From Bacillota bacterium (GTDB taxonomy: Bacteria > Bacillota > Clostridia > Christensenellales > UBA3700), in the NCBI GenBank assembly GCA_023396095.1, contig JAEWXG010000027.1:14121-78120 (forward strand): DNA of 64,000 nucleotides, read 5' to 3'. The position numbers and the translations under genes were made by a program. This document shows positions 56,286 to 64,000 of the stretch, one piece after another. Below the pieces are notes generated by a model. It was given only the letters and a program-made list of their open reading frames with translations. It had not been told where the DNA came from and made no database searches. How positions within the stretch are numbered: the stretch's first letter is position 1; each line of letters begins with the position of its first letter.

Positions 56286-57926
56286 TTATTCAACTATCAT
56301 ATCTGATAGCACTCCTCCTGGAGCAACCATTGGATATATTGATTCATCAATATCAATTTTTGCATCTATAATACAAGGAAAACCTTTTCCATAAACTTTA
56401 CTTAAAACATCCGCATATCCTTCTTTTGTTTTAACACTAAAACCTTTAATCCCATACGCATCTGCTAATTTTACAAAATCAGGCGCTCTATCTAAAGTCG
56501 TTTGTGAGTACCTTTTTTCATAAAACAACCTTTGCCATTGCCTTACCATTCCTAAAGTTCCATTATTTATAATTATAATTATGATAGGTATATTGTAATA
56601 ACTAATTGTTGCTAGTTCATTACAATTCATTCTAAAACTCCCATCTCCCGCAATTGCAACAACTTGTTTTGAAGGATTTCCTATAGCGCTTCCAATACTT
56701 GCGCCTGTCCCAAAACCCATTGTCCCAAGACCTCCAGAAGTAATTAAACTACGCTTCTCTTTATATTTGAAAAATCTAGCGGCCCACATCTGATTTTGTC
56801 CTACTTCCGTTGTAATAACAATGTTTTCACTTTTTGAGATTTTTTCTAATTCGTTCATTATATAGTATGGTGTTAATCTCGAAGTTTTATCTATAATTTC
56901 AACTTTCGTTGATAAAATTTTATCTAAAAATTCTCTTGATTCTTTTTGATGAATTTTATCAATTAAAATTTTTACAATTTTTTTAGCATCTCCAATTAGG
57001 GCTGCCGTAATATTTATATTTTTGTCAATTTCGGCCGGATCTATATCTATGTGAATTATTTTTTGTTTAGAAAAGTTTTTAGAATTAGTAGCAACACGAT
57101 CACTAAATCTAGTTCCAATTGCAATAAGACAATCAGCTTTTGTTATTGCAGTATTTGAAGTAAATGTCCCATGCATCCCTATCATTCCTGTAAAATTTTC
57201 AAAATAATTATCTACTCCAGCAATTCCCATGAGAGTTACTCCAATAGGAGCATTCAATTTTTGTGATAAAAGCATAACTTCTTCTCTTGCATCTGAATAA
57301 ACAACACCGCCACCTGATAAAATCATAATTTTTGAAGATTTTTCGATAATGCTAACAGCTTTATCCATTTGACTATAATCCTCAACATTTCTAGTTTTAT
57401 ATGAAGTTTCAATATCATTATATTCACATTCTTCAGCTGTCACATTTTTTAAAATATCAATTAAAACTGGACCAGGTCTACCATCTTTCGCAATCAAGAA
57501 TGCTTTGTTTATTGTTTTTTCAAGATCTTCAATATTATCTATTATAAAATTGTGTTTTGTTATCGGCATAGTAATACCAGCAATATCAACTTCTTGAAAA
57601 CTATCTTTCCCTAGCAAACTCTTACCTACATTACAGGTTATTATAACTAATGGAATTGAGTCCATAAATGCAGTTGCTATTCCAGTAACTAAATTAGTCG
57701 CACCTGGCCCAGATGTTGCAAAACAAACTCCAACTTTCCCTGTACTACGCGCATATCCATCTGCAGCGTGTATTGCACCTTGCTCGTGTGCAGTTAAATA
57801 ATGCTTAATCTTTGAGTTAGTATATAATGCATCATAAACATTAAGTATCGTCCCACCAGGATAACCAAATATAACATCAACGTTATTTTTTTCTAATACT
57901 TTTAATATAATTTCTGACCCTTTCAT
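56286..57926 (-). CDS. ilvB: Acetolactate synthase large subunit (biosynthetic type)
   Basis: 546-aa ThDP enzyme (GYPGG, GGLGTMGFGTGASIGS, GDGSFRMN). Located in the ilv/leu operon. Confidence 0.9.
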   Translation of the reverse strand: MKGSEIILKVLEKNNVDVIFGYPGGTILNVYDALYTNSKIKHYLTAHEQGAIHAADGYARSTGKVGVCFATSGPGATNLVTGIATAFMDSIPLVIITCNVGKSLLGKDSFQEVDIAGITMPITKHNFIIDNIEDLEKTINKAFLIAKDGRPGPVLIDILKNVTAEECEYNDIETSYKTRNVEDYSQMDKAVSIIEKSSKIMILSGGGVVYSDAREEVMLLSQKLNAPIGVTLMGIAGVDNYFENFTGMIGMHGTFTSNTAITKADCLIAIGTRFSDRVATNSKNFSKQKIIHIDIDPAEIDKNINITAALIGDAKKIVKILIDKIHQKESREFLDKILSTKVEIIDKTSRLTPYYIMNELEKISKSENIVITTEVGQNQMWAARFFKYKEKRSLITSGGLGTMGFGTGASIGSAIGNPSKQVVAIAGDGSFRMNCNELATISYYNIPIIIIIINNGTLGMVRQWQRLFYEKRYSQTTLDRAPDFVKLADAYGIKGFSVKTKEGYADVLSKVYGKGFPCIIDAKIDIDESIYPMVAPGGVLSDMIVE

Positions 57927-57927
57927 T

Positions 57928-59583
57928 TTACTTTAAAACAGCTCCTTTTGATGCAGGTTGTACAGCTTCAGCATATCTTTTTAAATAGCCTTCTAACTTC
58001 ACACTCTTCGCTTTAATATTTTTTGTTCTGTTTTGAATCTCATCGTCTGAAATATCCAAATCAATAGTATATTTTGTCATATCAATTTTAATGATATCAT
58101 TGTTTTGCACAATTGCTATTGACCCACCATTTGCAGCTTCCGGAGATACATGTCCAATACTAGCTCCTCTTGTTGCACCTGAAAAACGACCATCAGTAAT
58201 TAATGCAACATCTTTATCTAATCCCATTCCAGCAATGGTTGCAGTAGGCATTAACATCTCTCTCATTCCAGGGCCTCCCTTAGGTCCTTCATAACGAATT
58301 ACGACAATATCACCTTTTTTAATATCACCTTTTTTGATAGCTTTAATTGAATCTTCCTCAGAGTCAAAAACTTTTGCAACACCAACATTTTTCAACATTT
58401 TTGGATCAACTGCAGATCTTTTAACAACACATCCTTCTGGCGCTAAATTACCAAATAAAATTGCTAAACCACCTGTTTGAGAATACGGATTATCTATTCT
58501 AATTACATCTTTATCATAAACTTTATAATCCTTAACACTTTCTGCTAAACTCTTTAAATTAACTGTTTTCATATCCCCTTTCAATAGACCCAACTTATTT
58601 AAATGATTTAAAACAGAATATACTCCACCTGCATAATGCAAATCCACCATGTAATGATGTCCTGCAGGAGCTAGGTGACAATAGTTTGGTGTTCTCTCGC
58701 TAATGCTATTAATTTTATGCAAATCAAAATTTATGCCAACCTCATTTACAATTGCTAGTAAATGTAAAACAGTGTTTGTAGAACATCCTAAAGCCATATC
58801 TAAAGTAAAAGCATTCTCAAAAGATTCTTCCTTCAAAATATCTTTTGGACGTAATCCAGCTTCAACTACTTTTAAAATTTGTTTACCTGTCATTCTTGCT
58901 AATCGTACTCTCTCTGAATACACAGCCGGAATTGTTCCATTCCCAGATAAAGCTAAGCCTAGAACTTCCAATGTACAGTTCATACTATTTGCGGTAAACA
59001 TTCCAGAACAAGAACCACATGTTGGACAAGCGTTGTTCTCATATTCAGCTAACTCCTCTTCTGTCATTTTTTTCGCATTAACAGCACCGGTTGCCTCAAA
59101 CATATCAGATAGACTTATTTGCTTTTTGCATACTCGCCCTGGAAGCATAGGCCCACCACTAACTACTATTGTAGGAATGTTACTTCTAACCGCTCCCATA
59201 ACCATACCTGGAACAATTTTATCGCAATTAGGAACTAGAACTAAGCCATCAAACGCATGAGCTTTAGCCATAATCTCAACAGAATCGGCAATCAATTCTC
59301 TACTAACAAGGGAATACTTCATTCCTTCATGCCCCATGGCAATTCCGTCACAAACACCAATACTTGGTACGACAACAGCCTTGCCTCCGCTCTCTACAAT
59401 ACCTTCTTTAACTGCAGCAACAAGACTATCTAAATGCAAATGTCCTGGAACAATCTCACTTTGCGCACTAATAATACCGATAACTGGTTTTTTAAAATCA
59501 TCATCAACCCAGCCTAAAGCCTTAAACAATGATCTATGAGGAGCTCTATCTATCCCTTTTGTTACATTCTCACTATTTCTCAT
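57928..59583 (-). CDS. ilvD: Dihydroxy-acid dehydratase
   Basis: 551 aa with [17 protein letters not shown] and [11 protein letters not shown] motifs. Confidence 0.95.
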   Translation of the reverse strand: MRNSENVTKGIDRAPHRSLFKALGWVDDDFKKPVIGIISAQSEIVPGHLHLDSLVAAVKEGIVESGGKAVVVPSIGVCDGIAMGHEGMKYSLVSRELIADSVEIMAKAHAFDGLVLVPNCDKIVPGMVMGAVRSNIPTIVVSGGPMLPGRVCKKQISLSDMFEATGAVNAKKMTEEELAEYENNACPTCGSCSGMFTANSMNCTLEVLGLALSGNGTIPAVYSERVRLARMTGKQILKVVEAGLRPKDILKEESFENAFTLDMALGCSTNTVLHLLAIVNEVGINFDLHKINSISERTPNYCHLAPAGHHYMVDLHYAGGVYSVLNHLNKLGLLKGDMKTVNLKSLAESVKDYKVYDKDVIRIDNPYSQTGGLAILFGNLAPEGCVVKRSAVDPKMLKNVGVAKVFDSEEDSIKAIKKGDIKKGDIVVIRYEGPKGGPGMREMLMPTATIAGMGLDKDVALITDGRFSGATRGASIGHVSPEAANGGSIAIVQNNDIIKIDMTKYTIDLDISDDEIQNRTKNIKAKSVKLEGYLKRYAEAVQPASKGAVLK

Positions 59584-60455
59584 TTAATTATTTCTCCATT
59601 CTCTTCTTTAAGAACATACTTCTTAAATTCACCTAACAACTTCAATGTTAATGCACCAACTTTACCTTGCGCAATTTTTCTTTTGTCTAGTTCTGTTACA
59701 GGAATAAGTTCGGCCGCAGTTCCGGTCAAGAAACATTCATCAGCATTATATACATTAAATAAAGTAAATGGCACTTCGTTAACTTTTATATTGAGATTTT
59801 TTGCAACCTCAATAACTGACCTTCTTGTTATTCCATCCAAAATTCCTAAATAAGTTGGTGGAGTATATAATTCTCCATTTTTAACAATAAAGATATTGTC
59901 TCCAGTACACTCACAAACACAACCATTACCATCTAACATTAATGCTTCTTGATAACCAAATTTTGAAGCTTCAATTTTTGCCAGTATATTATTTAAATAA
60001 TTTAATGATTTAATTTGCGGATCTAACATACTAGGTGAATTCCTTCTCTTTGAAGATGTCATCAAGGCTAAACCCTTTTCATACATTTCGGCATCATATA
60101 ATTTTATCTTAGATGCTATACAAAAAAGTGAAGGTGCCGGACAATTACTTGGAGCTAATCCTAAATCCCCCTTTCCTCTTGTTGCAACCAATCTTATATA
60201 AGCATCTTTTAAATCATTCATTTTACAAGTATTAACTACAACTTGCATAACATCGTCTTTACTCATGTTAATTTTTAAATCGATAGCATGCATTGCTTCA
60301 AAAAAACGATTAATATGTTCTTTTAACTTAAACACCCTACCGTTATATGCTCTAATGCCTTCAAAAACTCCATCACCATATAAAACACCGTGATCAAAAA
60401 CCGAAACACAAGCTTCAGCCTCATCAACAAATTTCCCATTTAAATAAATTAACAT
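59580..60455 (-). CDS. ilvE: Branched-chain-amino-acid aminotransferase (class IV fold)
   Basis: 291 aa with [14 protein letters not shown] and GITR motifs. Located within the ilv/leu operon. Confidence 0.85.
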   Translation of the reverse strand: MLIYLNGKFVDEAEACVSVFDHGVLYGDGVFEGIRAYNGRVFKLKEHINRFFEAMHAIDLKINMSKDDVMQVVVNTCKMNDLKDAYIRLVATRGKGDLGLAPSNCPAPSLFCIASKIKLYDAEMYEKGLALMTSSKRRNSPSMLDPQIKSLNYLNNILAKIEASKFGYQEALMLDGNGCVCECTGDNIFIVKNGELYTPPTYLGILDGITRRSVIEVAKNLNIKVNEVPFTLFNVYNADECFLTGTAAELIPVTELDKRKIAQGKVGALTLKLLGEFKKYVLKEENGEIIK

Positions 60456-60472
60456 AATTTTTTAGCCCCCTT

Positions 60473-61537
60473 TTACAAATTAGCTACAACTAAATCTCCC
60501 ATCTCTGTTGTTGATACAATTTTTTCACATTTTTTTGCGATATCTGCTGTTCTGTATCCAGCCTTTAATACTTTATCAACAGCTTGTTCTATCATTTTAC
60601 TTTCTTTTTCTAACCCCAAAGAATATTTTAACATCATTGAAACTGACAATATTGTTGCAAGTGGATTAGCAATATTTTTACCTGCAATATCTGGCGCACT
60701 TCCATGAACAGGCTCATACATTCCTAATTTTGTGCTACCGATAGATGCCGAAGCAAGCATACCGATTGATCCCGTTAACATACTAGCTTCATCTGATAGA
60801 ATGTCACCAAACATATTATTTGTCACGATAACGTCAAATTGTTTTGGATTTTTAATTAGTTGCATTGAACAATTATCAACATAAAGATAATCAACAATTA
60901 CATCCTTATATTGACCTTCAACTTCTTTTACAACTTCTCTCCATAATCTTGATGTTTCCAAAATATTTGCTTTATCTACAACAGTTAAATGCTTATTTCT
61001 AAGTTGAGCCGTTTGAAAACCAACATGCAACACTCTTCTTATTTCTTCTCTTGAATAAAACATTGTATCGTATGCGCTGGTGTTATTCTCGTCCCTACCT
61101 CGTTTTCCAAAATATATACCGCTTGTTAGCTCACGAACAATCATGATATCTAATTTATCTCCAACAATTTCTTGCTTTAATGGACAAGCGTCTTTTAATT
61201 CCGAATGGAGTACAGCAGGACGTAAATTGGCAAATAACCCTAACTCGCCACGCAATCCCAAAAGAGCTTTTTCTGGTCTTGAATTGCCGTCTAAATGATC
61301 CCATTTAGGCCCACCAACAGCACCTAGAATTACTGCATCCGCTTTCTTCGCTGCTTCAACTGTATCTTTTGGTAATGGACAACCATGATTATCAATTGCT
61401 ACACCTCCAGCATCTTTATATTCATAAACAAATTTATTATTGGTTAACTCTCCAACTTTGTTTAAAACTTTAAGTCCTTCATTTACTACATCTGGACCAA
61501 TTCCATCACCTTTTATTACAACAATTTTAAATTCCAT
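60473..61537 (-). CDS. leuB: 3-isopropylmalate dehydrogenase
   Basis: 354 aa with GDGIGPDV and [21 protein letters not shown] motifs. Confidence 0.95.
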   Translation of the reverse strand: MEFKIVVIKGDGIGPDVVNEGLKVLNKVGELTNNKFVYEYKDAGGVAIDNHGCPLPKDTVEAAKKADAVILGAVGGPKWDHLDGNSRPEKALLGLRGELGLFANLRPAVLHSELKDACPLKQEIVGDKLDIMIVRELTSGIYFGKRGRDENNTSAYDTMFYSREEIRRVLHVGFQTAQLRNKHLTVVDKANILETSRLWREVVKEVEGQYKDVIVDYLYVDNCSMQLIKNPKQFDVIVTNNMFGDILSDEASMLTGSIGMLASASIGSTKLGMYEPVHGSAPDIAGKNIANPLATILSVSMMLKYSLGLEKESKMIEQAVDKVLKAGYRTADIAKKCEKIVSTTEMGDLVVANL

Positions 61538-61538
61538 A

Positions 61539-62033
61539 CTAAATACTTCCTTTCTTGTTTACTTTTTGAATTAATCCACCACTCTGAATTAAATCTTGCA
61601 TAAATGCTGGATATTTATTTACTTTAAAAGTATGCCCACTTGTTTCATTTACAATTACGCCGTTATCAAAATCAATACTTACAATATCTCCTTTTTTAAT
61701 ATCCTGACTTGCTTCTTTAGATTCAATAATAGGAAGTCCTATATTGATCGCATTCCTAAAGAAGATTCTTGCAAAGCTTGCAGCAATTACACAAGAAATA
61801 CCAGCTGCCTTAATGGAAATTGGAGCATGTTCTCTTGAAGAACCACACCCAAAATTATTATTAGTTACCATAATATCTCCGCTTTTTACTTCTTTAACAA
61901 AATTTAAATCAATATCTTCCATGCAATGTACAGCCAATTCTTTTGGATCTGAAGTATTCAAATATCTTGCTGGAATAATTACATCCGTATCAACATTATC
62001 ACCATAAACAAACGCTTTACCTTTTGCTTTCAT
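61539..62033 (-). CDS. leuD: 3-isopropylmalate dehydratase small subunit
   Basis: Start placed at ATG 62033 (AAGGAG RBS, 13 nt after the leuC stop), giving [25 protein letters not shown]. Contains GCGSSREHA. Confidence 0.92.
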   Translation of the reverse strand: MKAKGKAFVYGDNVDTDVIIPARYLNTSDPKELAVHCMEDIDLNFVKEVKSGDIMVTNNNFGCGSSREHAPISIKAAGISCVIAASFARIFFRNAINIGLPIIESKEASQDIKKGDIVSIDFDNGVIVNETSGHTFKVNKYPAFMQDLIQSGGLIQKVNKKGSI

Positions 62034-62046
62034 TTTCTTTTTCTCC

Positions 62047-63309
62047 TTATTTAAGTAATTCAGGGTTATAAATTTTTCCCATAATAGCACTTGCTGCGGC
62101 AACTGCTGGACTTGCTAAATATACTTCAGAAGTTGTATCTCCCATTCTTCCTATAAAGTTTCTATTTGTTGTAGAAACCGCTCTCTCTTTTTCTGCCAAA
62201 ATACCCATATGACCTCCTAAACATGGTCCACAAGTAGGCATTGTGAAGACACAGCCAGAATTAATAAATATTTCAGCTAAACCTTCTTTCATCGCTTGTA
62301 AATAAATTTTTTGGCTACCAGGAATTACTAGTACTCTTATTCCTTTTTTAACATGTCTCCCTTTCAATATGCTAGCAGCCATCCTTAAATCTTCCATTCT
62401 TCCATTTGTACAAGATCCAATAACAACTTGATCAATTTCAACTTCACCTACATTATCAATTGTTTTAGTATTTGATGGCAAATGAGGAAATGCTACAGTA
62501 GGTCTAATTTTTGATAAATCAATGTCATAAACTTCATCATACTCTGCATCATCATCAGCTTTATACGCCTTCCATGTTTTTGTTGAATGCTCTTTCATAT
62601 ATGCCTCTGTTAATTCATCAACCTCAAAGATACCATTTTTTGCTCCAGCTTCAATGGCCATATTAGCAATTGTGAATCTATCATCCATAGTTAAATTTTT
62701 AATGCCAGGACCTACAAATTCCATACTCTTATACAATGCACCATCTACGCCAATTTGTCCGATAATATGTAAAATAACATCTTTACCACAAACATACTTG
62801 TTCATTTTCCCAAAAACATTAAACTTAATCGCACTAGGAACTCTGAACCAAGCTTGTCCAGTTCTCATTCCAACTGCCATATCAGTGCTCCCTACACCTG
62901 TAGAAAATGCACCTAGAGCTCCGTATGTACAAGTATGCGAGTCAGCACCTATTACAACTTCCCCACCAACTACAAGTCCTTTTTCTGGCAAAATTACATG
63001 TTCAATACCAACTTCTCCGATTTCAAAATAATTGCTAATGCATTTTTCACAAGCAAATTCTCTTACTTTTTTACATTGATTTGCCGCTTTAATATCCTTA
63101 TTTGGAGTAAAGTGATCTGGAACAATTGCAATTTTATTTTTATCAAAAACATCTTGATTTTCAAACTTTTTAAATTCATTAATTGCAACTGGAGTTGTAA
63201 CATCATTTCCTAATACTAAATCCAATTTTACTGTAATAAAATCCCCAGCAGATACTATATCTTGACCAGCGTGTGCTGCTAGAATTTTTTGCGTCATCGT
63301 CATTCCCAT
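62047..63309 (-). CDS. leuC: 3-isopropylmalate dehydratase large subunit
   Basis: 420-aa aconitase-family protein ([22 protein letters not shown]). AGGAGA RBS. Confidence 0.95.
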   Translation of the reverse strand: MGMTMTQKILAAHAGQDIVSAGDFITVKLDLVLGNDVTTPVAINEFKKFENQDVFDKNKIAIVPDHFTPNKDIKAANQCKKVREFACEKCISNYFEIGEVGIEHVILPEKGLVVGGEVVIGADSHTCTYGALGAFSTGVGSTDMAVGMRTGQAWFRVPSAIKFNVFGKMNKYVCGKDVILHIIGQIGVDGALYKSMEFVGPGIKNLTMDDRFTIANMAIEAGAKNGIFEVDELTEAYMKEHSTKTWKAYKADDDAEYDEVYDIDLSKIRPTVAFPHLPSNTKTIDNVGEVEIDQVVIGSCTNGRMEDLRMAASILKGRHVKKGIRVLVIPGSQKIYLQAMKEGLAEIFINSGCVFTMPTCGPCLGGHMGILAEKERAVSTTNRNFIGRMGDTTSEVYLASPAVAAASAIMGKIYNPELLK

Positions 63310-63341
63310 ATTTATTTCTCCTATTTAAATTTTATTGTATT

Positions 63342-64000
63342 TTAAGCCTTTGAATCTAACAATAGCTTGTATTCTAAGGCGTCAACAAGTGCTAATAAGC
63401 TTGCTTCAATAATGTCTTCTGAAACTCCAACCGTTGTAATAATGTTTGATGAATCTCTTGATTCAATGATAACTCTCGTTACAGCTGAAGATGCTCTCTT
63501 ACTATCCAAAATTCTTACTTTAAAATCCGTTAATTGAAATTGAATTAATGAGGGATAAAATTTTTCAAGCGCTTTTCTTAAAGCTTTATCAAATGCGTTA
63601 ACCGGTCCTTTACCCTCAGCAACGCTAATTTCTTCTTCCCCATTAACTTCTACTTTAACCACCGCACTTGCAGGGGTTGGTTCAAATCCGGTTCTAAATT
63701 CTTGCTCTGTCATAGTCCTGAATATTTTAATATCAAAAAATGGCTTATATAAACCTAATTCTTTCATAATCAATAGGTCTAAACTTGCTTCTGCAGCTTC
63801 ATATTGATAACCATTTTTTTCCATTTCTTTAATTCTCTTAACAACTTTTTCTGTCCTAGGATCCTCTTTTTCAATAACTGGATATAACTTTTGAATTCTT
63901 TTAACTATCGAACTTCTACCTGCTACTTCACTTGTTAAAAATTTTCTCTCATTTCCAATTAATGATGGATCTACATGTTCAAAACTTTTACTTAATTTAT
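63342..64000 (-). CDS. Citramalate synthase / 2-isopropylmalate synthase family (CimA/LeuA type), C-terminal part; gene continues beyond the right edge
   Basis: The frame stays open upstream of the track M at 63824: ...KLSKSFEHVDPSLIGNERKFLTSEVAGRSSIVKRIQKLYP...KEMEKNGYQYEAAEASLDLL. This is the LeuA-type regulatory/dimerisation domain. Confidence 0.8.
   Translation of the reverse strand, partial: KLSKSFEHVDPSLIGNERKFLTSEVAGRSSIVKRIQKLYPVIEKEDPRTEKVVKRIKEMEKNGYQYEAAEASLDLLIMKELGLYKPFFDIKIFRTMTEQEFRTGFEPTPASAVVKVEVNGEEEISVAEGKGPVNAFDKALRKALEKFYPSLIQFQLTDFKVRILDSKRASSAVTRVIIESRDSSNIITTVGVSEDIIEASLLALVDALEYKLLLDSKA

Noticed and set aside
58703-59260. 185-aa plus-strand ORF, plus other plus-strand ORFs of 60-125 aa throughout the track
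   Set aside because: This ORF is antisense to ilvD. All the other plus-strand track ORFs except 35855..36916 similarly sit inside well-supported minus-strand genes and lack RBSs. They are shadow ORFs.

Overview
AT-rich (about 30% GC by eye) chromosomal segment of a low-GC Bacillota organism, most likely Clostridia. The evidence for that placement is a SCIFF peptide with its maturase, the relA-dtd-MBL-hemZ gene order, and the standard genetic code (long ORFs are intact with TGA as stop). Almost every gene is on the minus strand; only a CDF transporter gene and a three-tRNA operon are on the plus strand.

Core content, left to right:
- An iron-siderophore/cobalamin-type ABC importer.
- A flavoenzyme cluster: a GlpA-like / NOX-like / DUF1667 trio, an ADPS-type FAD oxidase, a fused EtfB-EtfA, an 88-aa ORF and a YhfZ-like regulator.
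- dUTPase, an M16 peptidase and a metallophosphoesterase.
- pnp-rpsO.
- hemZ, MBL hydrolase, dtd, relA and recJ.
- secDF.
- An MBG-repeat lipoprotein.
- scfA-scfB. The 57-aa SCIFF precursor is absent from the ORF track.
- An APC permease, yajC and a second metallophosphoesterase paralog.
- A his operon, hisZGDBHAF(IE), preceded by an unknown 494-aa membrane/acidic protein.
- A cimA/leuA-leuCDB-ilvEDB operon.

Accessory or unusual content:
- (i) A 1,937-aa DUF4011 / SF1-helicase / Vsr-like / DUF3320 protein (Hhe-like single-gene defence candidate) with an unexplained N-terminal module of about 390 aa. It abuts a tRNA Val-Cys-Leu cluster, a GC-rich patch of decayed gene remnants and an orphan DUF4143 ATPase.
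- (ii) A fully pseudogenised XRE-ImmA-PIN three-gene module between the his and ilv/leu operons.
- (iii) Short repeat families: an IS-end-like motif at two loci, and a GGTGGAATYCCRCC hairpin at three sites that bound the accessory patches.

No CRISPR array, rRNA or intact transposase was seen. The supplied ORF track uses alternative start codons (TTG, GTG), so several starts were re-placed by inspecting RBS and overlap.
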